A DNA stretch of 64,000 bases from Camelus dromedarius (Eukaryota), in assembly GCF_036321535.1 (NCBI RefSeq), contig NC_087436.1, positions 70,124,001 through 70,188,000 of the forward strand, read 5' to 3'. How positions within the stretch are numbered: position 1 is the stretch's first letter; each line of letters opens with the position of its first letter. Positions 39,001-52,418 of the stretch are shown here, in pieces. The notes under the pieces are model-generated. The model worked only from the letters and a program-made list of their open reading frames with translations. It had not been told where the DNA came from and ran no database searches. The position numbers were made by a program, and so were the translations under genes.

Positions 39001-42000
39001 TTGTTTAGAATATAATAAGTTTTAAAGGCTGTCTCCCAAGCTGCATGTACCCTATGGTCATAATCTGTTTTAAATATAGCTACACGTACACACAAGTAAA
39101 AGGAAGTGTACCAAAAATGTAAAAAGTAGTTTTCTCTGGATAGTGGACCTACAGATGATTTTTACATTCTTCATACTTCTTTATGTCTTCCAGATATTCT
39201 ACAAGAGGACATATTACTATAATCAGGAAACAAATGCTTTTTTTTTTTTTAAGAAAAAAGCTTTATGAAAACTGTAGGTGTGCAGTCATCTATCTGTCTA
39301 ACTCAAGAGTTAAGCACCTTCCGTGGCAGAGTTTCCCATGTCCATGAGCAGGAGCAGGAGCCTAAAAGCAGAGCTGCTGTTTTGGATTCAGTTTTCAGTA
39401 CAGTTTTTTAATGTTTCAAGTAGACATCTTGAGTTTTTCCAGGTCACAGGCCAGGCCAGGGTTTATTTTCCAAGCTGTCTAGAAGCTGCATGCAGTGCAC
39501 AAGGGTGACCAATAGTGTCTAGACTTAGATGCATTCGGTACAGCATTTGACTTATTCCTTTCCTGTGTTCAGAAAATAAAACCTGAGTCGTTAGGATTCT
39601 CATCTTTTACAGAATTGTGTTACTGTTCTTTGCTTTCGCTATGCACTCCTCCTTTTGTAAACTGCCCTCAGTGAGATTACTGGAACATTTGCCACCAGCC
39701 CGGGTTAGCCTCAGAGTTACAGGGTCAAGTTCTCTGAGTTGTGATTACTTGTGCACAGGGCAGTCTTTGTGAACTTCTCAAAGTGAAGTGGTTATAGCTT
39801 TTATTACCATCTCAGAAGCCTACTGGACAGAGGTCTTGGGACAAGGTTCTTCCCTTCTTGTTGCTGTGTTCTGGGAATAGCCAGGCTAGTAACCCTTCCA
39901 AGGTAAGTTTTACCCACTCACTTCCAGGATTTTATAAAATCCTAAAGCTGGGGGAAAATATTAGCTGAGTTACATTTGTACCCCAATCTGTAATTAAGCC
40001 ATAGAAGAGCCACCTGATGCCTCTGAGCTGACTTTAATGGGCTCTCCCTAAAATCAGCTTTCTCCTTCCAATTTCAGGTCTACTCTCAGTTTCTTTCCAG
40101 CTCCTTAGTAGTTCTGCCACTGGCATCCACTTTAGTGGACTGTCATTAATCACAGTGCCTTACTACTGGCTTTCTTCTCTATTGGTGAGCTTTTTCTGGA
40201 CCTTTCTTGAACGTAGCTTTTACTTTAATGTGTGCCTTTCTTAACATAGTTCATATTAACTCTTCCTTGAGTTATCAGCTTCCAGTGCCAGAAGGTCATT
40301 TGTCCTAAACTAATCAGGGACATATTTCTCATTTTCCAGAGGTGAATGTTGTACCAGATTAGCTAACTACTACTCAGAGATGGAACTCAGATTGGAATTC
40401 AAGTTGTTGGATTCCCAAGCCTGGGTACCTGTGAGACCTGGCTGGGAAGAGAAAGAGGCTGCCATCTGAGAGCACCCACAGTATTCTCTGCTCTTCAGTT
40501 GTGGTTCTGTATTATTTGGGGGGTTTTGGTGGTGCCTTTCTTTTGGAAAGGTAGAGAGCATAATGGGGCATGATTTTCCATTGTGGTTCTTCCAACTCCC
40601 AACAGTCCACTGAGACTGCTACGAAGTGCCTTTGAGTACAGGGAAGTAAATACTAAAATTCATTCCCTTGCAATTTTTCACATTTGAACTTTGCCAGAGA
40701 ACAAATAGAAGAATTTGCTGAGCTTAGAAACACACGTGTTGAGGGACAGTGAAACAGACTTATTGCCAAACGGCCCCTAAGTATTTATTACTCATTGTAA
40801 TTGAATTTCCCAAAATAAAATATCTATCAGTGTATTGAAGATAATGGGGTTCTAATAATATATATTAATATATAATATATTAATGTATAATGAATATGTG
40901 TATTTTAGTGAAAACAACTTTATTTTTCTAGTTATAAAAAGAATATATTTGCATTTGAGTCACAGAATACAGAAAAGTAAAAAATATAAACTAGTAGAAT
41001 TCACCTAAAATTCTAATACTTGCCAATAACTATTAGTAAGATTTAGCAACCAGATTCTCTTTTTTAAATATGTACACATGGAGTTCATTTACAAGCTTAC
41101 ACAACTTTATACATGTAAGATCATTCCATTCTTGTGTTGTGTGACCTGCCTTTTTTCTCTGCAGCATCTTTCTGTACCAGTAACTAGAACTCTATATCAC
41201 CTCATTTACTGTCTTTTGTTTGGATGTACCATAACTTCTTTGACTCCCTTATTATAGACATTTAGGTTATTTCTAAATTAGGCTACCACAGTTTTGGCAT
41301 ATCATTATGTTTATAACTTGAACACATTTCATTTGAACAATTTTCATTTTTAGAAGTGGAATTTCTTTATCAAATAGTAGTGTATTTTAATTTTTATATA
41401 CAATTCCAAGCTGCCATAAACATTAAAAATTTTAATACATGGCATCATGAATTTTCATATTGGCTTTCTCTTTGCAACTCTTCTTCTTTTGCCACTGCAG
41501 TTGGTTGTGGTTTCTCACAGTGTGTTGAAATCTGAACTTCCAAAGGAAACAGTTGTGGTTTTTAGGACAGCTGATTCAGCAGCTGTAAACTGCATGATGT
41601 TTTATCTTTTTTTTTTTTTCTTTATACTAGCGACAGTGTCCTAAGCAGAAGAAAATGAGTTTTACCATTGATTGTACAGTGAGAAATTTCACCCTTTTCT
41701 GAGATTGCTAGAGTTTACTTTCTGGGATGAAAGGCTGCTGAAATTTCTTCTTTCTTTCTCCTAGGGCTGTAAATCTTAGCATATGTATGAGATGTACTAT
41801 ATCTTATCTGAGAATTTCACTGTGTCCTGTTCTATGAACAGCAGCTACCCATTTGAGGTCCAGTTAATCAGAGACGTTATTTTCTGCCATTGCAACCATT
41901 CAGGCAAGAGGGCGAAGGTCTCCTGAGGAGGCCCCTTTTCCTCATCCTCTCTCCCCTTCAGGCCCTGTGTCACCTAGCTGCTCACCTGACTTAGGAATCT

Positions 42001-42219
42001 CTTCTATCTTCTCTTATTTCTCTAATACCAATCCCTTTTACCTCGTGTCATAGTTACCTAGATCTCCTCAAGGGCAGTGTCTGTGGATGTTTCATCTTTG
42101 TATCTTCTGTGCAAACTAACCGTACTTAGCTGCCTTAGTAAAGTTCTTTGCTCCCCAGATGTGCTCAGTAAATATTAAATGGCTCAAATTCTGGTAACTG
42201 TATTGGGAAAATGTACATT

Positions 42220-43031
42220 TCTCCTCCTGGGTCTCTTTTACTTTCACACAGAACACTTCACTTCTGACACTTCTGGTCACCAAATGTGTGTAGGTTTTTC
42301 CCAGGACCAAGTGATTCAGCAATACCAGGTGGGTGTCCCACAATTTAACTCAATTCTGACTCTTATCTGCCTAGAGAAAGCATCAGATCCCACAGGTCAA
42401 GGACTCAGTCCCACAGGACCCCTCTTCCCCACTTGAGATGCCAATTGCAAGTAGTAGGTCTCCAGGTTACCCACAACTTCTGACTGGGCTGCAAATTGGA
42501 GGTCCCCATGACCTCCTCGCCCTTGAATTCAGTTATGTGCTAAACAACTCATGGAGCTCAGGGAAACACTTAGCTTTGCCAATTTATTAAAGGATATGGT
42601 AAAGGACATAGGTATGCAGCCAGATAAAGAGATACCTAGAGTGAGGTCTGGGAGGATTCAGAGCAGGAGCTTCTGCTCTGTTGAGTTGGGATACATCACC
42701 CTCCCGGGTACATGATTCAAACCTCATAATTTTGGGATTTTAAGGAGGTTTCCTCACATGGACAAGACCAATTATTAACTCCATTTTCAGCCCACATCTT
42801 CTCTCTCTCGGGAGGAGGGGATGCTGCTGATAATTCCAATCTTCTAATTATGTCTTAGGCTTTCTAGGCACCAGCTCCCATCCAGGAGCCCACCCAGAGT
42901 CACCTCATTGGAACAAAAGATGCTTCTAATGTTCTCATCACTTAGGAATTTACAAGGTTTCGTGAGCTCTGTGTCAGCGACTAGGGATGAAGACCAAATA
43001 CATATTTCTTATGATAAATCACAGTATCACA
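42220..43031 (-). mobile_element. MER21-like solo LTR
   Basis: Reverse-complement similarity to 7308-8143 (cttctgacac..., caattctgac...atcagatcccacaggt, ...gagctctgtgtcag...cacagtatcaca). Confidence 0.7.
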
Positions 43032-45444
43032 GTAACTTAGTATTACTTTTTCTCAGACCATTTGATTTTTTTGCTGATATTCTTGGTTTTTACTATACTT
43101 TGGGAAGAAGATAGACCTTAGCCTCAGTTACTGGTTTATTAGAACAGGACCTATTAGCATTTTTAAAAATTAGCCTGACAGTTCTTTCACTACTGTTTAC
43201 CGTTATGTTAACAACCTAATTGTATTATTGTTAGTTTAACAGCACCTCAGCTGTTAAATTTGTCATTTAGTCTACTTACATTGACTTAGGGTTTTTCGCT
43301 GTGTTTAATATTTAGGGTTTTTTTTTTCAATCCCATTCCCTCTATTTCCTTTGAATAATTATGGCAAATATACTTAGATAACTCCAGTTTGTAGCCAAAT
43401 CAGAATACAGGGCACACAGTGGTTTCTTGTATACGTAGAGTGGACATTGAGTACCTATAATGTGCTCGGTACTTCAAAGTCTTTAATTATTGTATTTAAT
43501 TTGAATATCTAATTATTTCCTACAGGAATACTAATATGCTTGATGTGAAGTGCTGCCCCAGGCCCTGCGAGTTCTGCATGTTTGTTGGCCTCCCTGTATA
43601 CCATTTTATCTTTCTAAAATTAAAAAATAAAATGCTGAATTTCAAAATACATTTGGCCAGAAAATAGATAAAAGGTTTTGAACCTAAGTTTACTCTTTAC
43701 TTCTCACACCAGTGCTGTAGGGCAGGTCCTGTTCTCGTCCATGTTTTACAGATGAGGGAACTGACTAAGGGAAAAGAGATGGAGTACCTGGACCAAGGTC
43801 ACACAGCGAGTGAGGGGTGGGGCTGGGACGTGAGCCCAGGCGTTCCCGCTCTTGAGTCTGTTCTCTGAACCAGCATGTTCTCCTGCCTCTGTTTATAAAG
43901 TGACTTGCTGGGGATGTTGACAGAAGTTAGGAATTTAATCCTGGTCCTCTGAGCTGTACTCCTGTGCTTGGTTTTCTAAATCATTAATTTCTAGACTTTT
44001 GAATTGGGAGATAGCACAAATGTAATAGGGCATAGATACTTGCAGTCTTTTTGTATTACCTGTCTTTGTGTTTGACCTAGCCAATAATCTGTATATATCT
44101 ATTTTTCAGAAAAGTTCCATTTTAATCACATATCACCTTACTAGATCCCCATCTGCTTCCCTGTTTTCTGAATTTAAATTTAAATTTAAACTTTCTATAT
44201 ACTTGGATCTTTTTTTTGCGCATCTTTACAGAATAACTGACCATATATTTGACACTAGAATATACCCTTATAGTCTAATAGAAAATTCTGTTACATGAGA
44301 ACTAAAATTAATCAGTTTAATTACAGTAGTATTTTATAAACTCGTGAGAATAGGACAAATGGTAAGTTCTTTTTTTAGATGGTTATTCCAAGTTATTGCT
44401 TCAGATACTACGCTGACTTCTGTGATAAATCTTTCAAGAAAGAGGGCTTATCATGGGCAAAGCATTCTTGGCCCATTTTCTCATTCTTTTATGTTCATTC
44501 CCTGAGAACTTACCTTTATTTGCTGCATACTTACACATGTAAAATTCACATGATTTTGTGAGTTTAAGTATGAATATGCCATTGTGTGTAAAATAATGGT
44601 TTCAGAGTTACTGAAGGAAGATGCTAATCCATTTTTTAAAATTTCTATAGCTTCTCAAAACTTATTTCAGAACAGAAAATGATCTACCAGTTTTAAGACA
44701 CTGTTAGAAGACACTAAAATAGAATCTACCTACTATAGAATAATAGAATAATCTGTTACATTTGTAATCTTGACATTCTTGTTCTTTTGCTTCATATTCT
44801 CACTATCCTGTGTGCACGAACATTGAATTTACAGTAAGAGGAGAGAGTACTATACTTTTAACTGGATAAACATTATCTGTGTTCATTTTATTATAAGTGA
44901 TTTATTTTGTCTTCAAAACAGCAACTTTTCCTTTATTTTTGTTTTGGGGAAGGAGAACTGTTGGGGTGGAGGGCATCAGGAAGAGTATTGAGATTTTTCT
45001 TTATTATTCTAAGTCACTAGTTTTGCATCATGATATTTGTCCTGAGTATAAAAAACACCCCACATGTTTTTCAGCTTCACTGAGGGGATGAAAATGAATA
45101 TTGAATGAGGTTGCGTACACTTAGAATACCAAGAATCTAATCTTGATTTTCAGTGGGGGAAAAAAAACCTGTTACTTTTTAATGGGATGTGCACCTTCCC
45201 TTTTATTAAAAACTGAAATTATTAATCTCAGCTTTACGACATTTAATATCACAGTTAATATCTCTGCTTTGTTAGTGTCACATTCCTCCTTGGGTGACTG
45301 CTAACCTCTTGGGCTAAGCTCAAAGAGTTCTGGGAATCTCCCTTTCAGTTATCCCTTTTGAAACCTTGTTTTTAATAACACTTTTCTTTCTTGGCTTGCA
45401 TGACATTTTATCTTTCTTTTCCTTTCTTTTTGCCGTTTGCAAAG

Positions 45445-45498
45445 ACTCTTGGGAGGATTTGACAGATTTGGTGGAGCAAATGCGCGATGATACAGAAG
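45445..45498 (+). CDS. RUFY3: RUFY3 54-nt in-frame cassette exon encoding (D)SWEDLTDLVEQMRDDTE
   Basis: Long polypyrimidine tract followed by TTTGCAAAG| acceptor; AAG|GTGCGT donor; 54 nt, phase 1-1, no stop codon. It resembles an 18-aa insert I recall from rodent Rufy3 isoforms. Confidence 0.85.
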
Positions 45499-48400
45499 GT
45501 GCGTGCCACACCAACATCTTTTAGCCTTTTTTCTCCCTTTCTTTCTTTCTTTTTCTTTCTTTTTTCTTTTTAACTTTCTAACCACCTTTTGATTGTTTTC
45601 CATAAGAGGAAGTGTCCGCTTTAGGTTTTATTTCCCATGACAGTAACTGGAGCAGTAAGCATATTTGCCAGATTTTCCATGCAGGTACTTCATACAGGAT
45701 TAGGGTTTTCAGAGTCTTGCATTTAAAATCTTTATCTTTATGGTTCCAAGTAAAGTGGCATTAATATATGTGTATGCTGTTCATTTAGAATATTTGTTAT
45801 TTAATAACATGTTCAAAGGGGACTTTATTTCAAGATTATATCATGTATTCCTATGGCTGTTTTCTCATTTGTTTGTTGGAAAATGTAAATTTTTTATCAT
45901 TCATGCCAAAAAAATAGATATATACATATTTCTATGAATTCCACGAACAGATCCCAGGAACTTCAAGTATTCGGTCTGGAATGTTGCTCTCTGATTTGTA
46001 GATTTCCATAACATTAAGCTACTTTCAGCTTGGTCATGTGGTAGCTGGTGGAATTACTTTGAAAAGTAGCACATGTGTTGTAATGTATGAAGGTTCCACA
46101 AACCAATCATTTTTTTTTCTGTAATTGGCACCTAACTTTAGGGAGCTCGTTAATACATTTTTTTATAATAAAAATAGAAAAATTGAAGTTTGGCTCCACT
46201 TTATTGCATCATTTTATGTTCTCCCACTTTGGCTGGGCACATTCTCATAGCACACGCTTCAGGGCGCACTCTCATAGCACACGTCCACTACTCTGCCCAC
46301 GCTGGCCTTGTCACTGACTACATCAGCGGCCCTGAGCCTCCTCTCCTGCCTTGTTCCTGTGATGTTCCATCCAGAGCATTTACACCGCATCTCCCTCCCA
46401 CTGCAGCCCCTGCAGTCTAGAGGAGAGCTCTGGGACACACTCCCTGACAGCTTTGGCCCGCATTCATTTCCCCATTCACTCAGGTTCTGCAGAACTTGGA
46501 GGTTGAAGCTTTTGACATGTTCTCTGATTCATGTATGTTTATATTCCTAGTTAAAGTGTAAAATCCTTGAGAGCAGAATTTGTCTTAAACTTCTTGGTGT
46601 TCGTATCAGACTTGGGACAGTATGGTCCTGGGTAGATTTGGTCACACTGGGCAAAAAACTAAAGAAGTTTTCTCTCTCCAGTGAGGCCCAATAGTTTCTT
46701 CTTTAGCATTTTACTTTGAATGAGTAAATTATCCTGAGTTTCATCTCATTTTCTACAAACTATTTTTATTCCATTTTTTATTCTGCTTTTAATATAATTA
46801 ATTATATTTTGATGAACAAAAAAATTAGTATTGTCTAGTTGATTGACAGTTCATAGACAAGAGAAAAAGGAGGTTGTTGGCTCAGTCAATGAGTACTGTT
46901 TACTGTGTTAGCTGCCATTATTTTTATTATTATTATTATTATTATTAATAACCAGGTACCAGTGTTTTGATTCCTTTAACAGACTAGTTATAAAGAAAAA
47001 AGCTACATAAAAGCCACAAATCTGTGCCCTTCTCGGAGATTTTTTTCCCTATGACTTACCCCTGGTAAACTTCCATTTCTTTAATACAAGGTACTACTGC
47101 AAGAATCAAGCCTGCTGTGAGAGTCAGCCTCCTCTTTTTCATTTTCTTTTTGCTGGAATTTTTATGAATGATTATCATAGATGAAATCAGAAAGGGAAAA
47201 ACTCAGAAGATATGAATTGTATTACTTTGATGTCTTAGTAGATTACCAGTCAAATGGTTAGCCAAGAACCTATTTACAGAAATGTCTTTCTGGAGTATAG
47301 CTTAAAATAAAGAAAATCAGAATGGGGGAAAGAAAATGGCTTTACTTGTTAACTTTTTTTTTGAGTCATTTCATCCTTGTCTTTTTAAATATAATTTTCT
47401 ACATCTTTTGTCTTGTTTCAGTTATATGAAATTCTAGAATTTTAGTGTTTACATAAGTTAGAGTTTTTGTAAATGAGTACTTGTAACAAGAATGAACATG
47501 AGTTGTGGAGTGTTACCCACACATAACACGCATAGCAGCCCAGGGTCATGGGAAGAACCTGCAGTCAGACCCAGAGAAAGCTGGTAATAAATGTAGGCTC
47601 AGATCTTCAGGAGACCATCACTGCTGAGCTGTTTTAACTCTGTTTCTTATCTGTTGTTATGGATGTGTCATAAGAGTTGGCTTTTTAACACTGAGTTCCA
47701 GCCTCCTGAAAGACTGCTTTTTTTAAGATAATAAACTCTAGGAGGTCATGGATTTGAACTGTTAGCTTTGGGGTTTGGTTTTTGTTTCAATTTTGGCAAG
47801 ATTGGGGTTTTTCTGGTGAACTGATTTCTTACAGTGATGGTTGGTTTTACATTCAGTGTGTCTATAACACCTGTCTAGTAGAATATGAAATGTCTTCTTA
47901 GGGTGGAATTGTATCATGCTCACAACATTGATCAGTTATCTTGCATCTCACTCATTATATGCTATTAATTTGAATCTAAAAGTTTTGAAACTCGTTAGAG
48001 AATTATGAAGAGTAATGAAATAATAAAAAGCACATGGTTTACTATCTTTAGTTTCTCAAAAAATAATTGAATTCCTTTCTGTACTCATTTATAAGCCTTT
48101 TAAACAGATTCTATGAATTTGCAGTTGCCCAGATTACTACCTATCTCTCTGAGCATTGGAGTGGCTGGGACATTACTTGAATTAGGAAAATAATATACCT
48201 GTGTGAAATATTACCTGATCAAGATTGCTTACTGGTTCCTTGATATATTTTGTGAGTTAAGACTTGTTATCTGCCATCTTGAAAAGTGGAAGGAACATAC
48301 CAATGATTTTCTTAGCATCTAGCACTGTGTCATATAGACATTCAATGAAAGGCTATATTTAATTAAAGAAAATTATTAAACTTATTTGTGGAAGGCCATA

Positions 48401-48531
48401 ATAATTTTAATACTTAACAATTGTTTATTAGTATGCCCCAAGCATTTCCAGATATTTAATATACATGAACTTGTTTAATCTTCAAAACCCTTATCATCTT
48501 ATGGCTGAAGAAAGTAAGGCCTACAGAGTTC

Positions 48532-48958
48532 CATCCTAGTGGAATACTACTCAGCAATAAAAAGGAACAAACTATTGATGACCTGGATGGATCTCTCAAG
48601 AATTATGCTGAGTAGAAAAAAAAATTTTTTTCTTTAAAGTTACATGCTATATGATTTCCATTTATATAACATTCTTGAAATGACAGCACTTTAGAAATGG
48701 AAAACAGATTAGTAGCTGCTGTGGATTATAAGGAGGTAGGAGGCAGAAGGGAAGTGCCTGTGGCTGTAAAAGTTCAAAATGAGGGTGATATAATTCAATG
48801 CTGTAATTCAGTGTCAGTTTCCTGGTTGTAATAAGTTACTCTGGTTTTGTAAGATGTTACCTTTGGGGGAACTAGGTTAAGGGTACACGATATCTCGCTA
48901 TTGTTTCTTACAACTGCATGTGAATCTACAATTATCTCAAATTAAGAAGTTAAAAAAA
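48532..48958 (+). mobile_element. Old L1M (L1MB/MC-type) 3' end
   Basis: ggaatactactcagcaataaaaaggaac...caactgcatgtgaatctacaattatctcaa followed by an A tail. Confidence 0.75.
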
Positions 48959-50206
48959 AGAGAGAGAGAGAGAGAAAGAAAAGAGAGAAGAAACTCGCCT
49001 AGGGTTACAGCTAGGGGAAGAATTCAAGTAGAGTTCAAACTCCAGCGAGCCAGCTCCAAGGCTTGTGCTCTTAATCACTAAACCAAAGTTCAAACCTAGT
49101 TGACTAGAGACCCACTGTAAACATATTTTTTCACCAAAACTCCATACACACATCATTGATTTGTAAACATCTAGAACAAGGGCTTCATGAAACAATGCAT
49201 GACCTTACTATGTGGGACATACTAAATTGATTTTATACTCCACTAAGAGGTCGTGACCTTCAGTGTGAAAGCTAGTCCAGGATCCTGTGCTGCCTCTCTG
49301 GTGTATGTCCATTTTAGCTCTAGCTACCGAGATAGAAGCAAAAGAGTTCTTCCCGCAGTGCCAGTATGTTGGGTTCTGTTCCCAGCCTGTAATTGTTAAC
49401 ACCTTTTAAAGTCTCGGCCAGTGACCCTGCATCCTTCTGTTTCTCTTTAAACCATCTCCTCTGATGAAAACATCTTATTTATAATAATTGCTGCTGTTAT
49501 CCTTATGCTAGTGACTATCCAACCCCAAACTTTAATTTGTATGTACAACTATGTGTTGAAAATTATGTTGAGAATGCTTCCACATAAGTATCATTTACTG
49601 TATCCAAAACCAAGCAGATTTTGTCCCTTACCTCCAAAACAATTATTCAGTTGTTGTTGTTGTTGTTTAATTTCCATTTTCAGAACAGTATTCTAGTCTC
49701 ACAGGGCAAAAACTTTAGGTTATTCTTGACTCCTCTGTTTCCTTAACAGGTACAGTTCTTCAGGGCAAGCCATTTTGATCCTCTCCACCAAATTCTTCAA
49801 ATTCCCTTTGCATAATCCTTTCAGACTAATCACCCTCAAACAAAGCTGTAGTCTTATGACTTGCCTGCTGAAAACCTGCAAAGGTTCCCATTGCCTGCTT
49901 CCTGGATATGCAGGTCTGGTTTTAGAGACCTGTCATTTGATTCTGCCCTTCCTGTGTTTTCCAGTTCTCCTTAGGAAGAACTCCCCACTCCATTATTTCC
50001 TTCACCTCATTTCACACAACCACTCCCACCCCTTGGAATACTTTCTTCCATGTTTTCTGTGATTTCATATTTAGGGTCTGCCTCAAATCTTACACTGGAA
50101 TTTATTGTGCTTTTATCTTTATTACTTTTGGTGTTGTCTCATTTGGAGTATAGATGTACAGTGTTCTAGGGAATTAAACTAAGGGAGAGTTTATTCCTAT
50201 TTAGTT

Positions 50207-50207
<1 letters not shown>

Positions 50208-50238
<31 letters not shown>
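50208..50238. repeat. (GTT)n microsatellite
   Basis: About 10 units, read directly. Confidence 0.9.
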
Positions 50239-50239
<1 letters not shown>

Positions 50240-50253
50240 TTGTTTTTGTTTTT

Positions 50254-50686
50254 TGTCAAGGTTGGGGTTTACCCTACTTGCAAGCTAAAAAATGAGCCTG
50301 TTACTGTTTCTTGGATGCTGGTAAAGACATGACTCCTTTTCAGTTAGAGACAAAAAACCTTGTTACTCATAACACTACAAGCAGACTGAGCATCAACACT
50401 TTTGTGTCAGTTCCTCTTGCACCAGAGTTGCACCCAGGAGACACTATGGCTCAGGAAGATGCTATGCATGTGGTGGTTCTGTGTTGCAGCTGAGGAACGT
50501 TGAGTGTGGGGTATCTGTTGCTTTTACAGGAAGCAGTAGGCAAGTCTCATCTCTCCTGATGATCAGTTACATACACAACCCTGAGAAATGGCCTGGATAA
50601 AAGAGCATTCAGGGCCTTGCATTCTTGGTACAACCCATAAAGAAATGTAGAGCAGGAAGTCCAAGGAGGATTGTCTCTCTCAATAT
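50254..50686. mobile_element. Old LTR (MER77/MER68-like)
   Basis: ttgcaagctaa...gcctg...ggatgctggtaaagacatgactcc...agagacaaa motif; the family name is from memory. Confidence 0.5.
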
Positions 50687-51117
50687 TTTATAGGTTAGAT
50701 GTAAAGAGATTAGAAATTTCCCCAGTATCACTCAGGGAATATGAGAGAAGCAGCTCTAACTCTTCTAGATCAGATCACAGTGTTGCCCTCTAACATTTTA
50801 ATTATTTCTATGGAATAAGTTGAGCAGAGCAAGGAACTCTTGGGTTTATACTTAACACCTAAAATTTTTATGTTGCATCAAAACAAAGGTGACTGACTAC
50901 TGTCCTTCTAGATGTTCCCAGAAATCTTCTAGGTATTCTTCTGCGTGTGGAATTCTTCAGGTAAAGGTGCTTGAAGAAGTTTAGGAAACTCCTAAAGTTG
51001 ATTATTTTGTGATATGGGAGTGCAGTGAAGAAGTCAGTGTGGTTTCATAGAGAACTCTTGGACAAGTTTGGAATATAAATGGACATCTTTTAAAGATTAG
51101 AGAAGTGGATATCTAAA

Positions 51118-51997
51118 GGAAAAACAGTTTTTCCCTCTGTTATTCACAGTGCTCTCTGACACTGAGTGTGTGGGGTGTTTTCCCACACCCACTGATTCTC
51201 CAACAGCAATTCAATTCTGACGCTATCTGGAGTTAACACAGACTCCACCAGACACCCCCTCACTTTAGATGCCAATCACAAGTCCAGGTTGTCACCTGTG
51301 CTTCTGACCAACCAACTATAAATTGGAGGTTTCCATGAGCCCCTCCTCAGGTTTGATAATTTGCTACAAAGGCTCACAGAACTCAGGGAAAGAGTTTACT
51401 TGCTAGATTACAGGTGTATTATAAAAGAATACAACTCAAAAACAGCCAGATGGAAGAGATGCATAGGACAAAGTATGTGGGAAGGAGCATGGAACCCACA
51501 TACCCTCTTGGGGCACATCACCCTCCCAGCTACCTCGATGTGTTCACTAACCAGCTCTCTGAACCCTTTCCACTCGGGTTTCTATGGAGGCCTCATTATG
51601 TAGGCTACATTGATTAAATCATGGTCTTTGATGGTTGAGCTCTATCTCCAGCCCCCCTCCCCTATCTGGATTTGGAGGTGGAAGGGGGTGGCTCAAAGTT
51701 CCAACCCTCTTATCACGCCACTGGTTCCCCTGGCAACCAGCCTACACATCCTTAGGGGCTTTCTAAAAGTCACCTTATTAGCAAAAACACTGATTGAATG
51801 GGACTTATGAATAACAAAGATGCTCCTTTTACCTTTAACTCTGGTAAACTCAGGACCTAGAAACAGAAACCAAATATAACAGAAGATACCCCTGTAGCTC
51901 TTATCACTTGGGAAATTACTAGGGTTTTAGGACCTCTGTGTTAGGAACCAGGGGCTGAAATAAGTATGTAGGTAGATTTATTTCTTACTATTTCACA
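51118..51997 (-). mobile_element. MER21-like solo LTR
   Basis: Shares blocks with 42220-43031 (agatgccaat, ctcacagaactcagggaa, aaagatgct, ctctgtg...ggaacca). Confidence 0.7.
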
Positions 51998-52418
51998 ATC
52001 CCTAGCCAAGAATGAGTAAAAGTGTATGGAAGACTGGTTTTGGAACGTTAATAACCAAATAAGCTTGCTCATTTCAATGCTGACACCAATCAAAAGGGTT
52101 TGGGTTTTTTTTTTTTTTTTTTTTTGGTTATATTCAGGATTATAAGAAAATAGCACTAGATTCTTATTGGAGGCTAGCAGTTAAACCTTGACATGAAGGA
52201 AGAGAAAGCAGAAGCTCTTTTTTATTTTTAATTATCGAATTTTTCAGCTACATAAAGTAGAGATAGTAGCATAAGAAACCCTGTTTCCATCACCCACCTT
52301 CAATAATTATCAATATTTGCTGATCTTTTTTCATCTATTACCCCCACATTTTTCTAGAGTAGTTTAAATAAAGCAAACTCCAAGCATCATGTTTTGTCAC
52401 CTGTAAATACTTCAGTAC

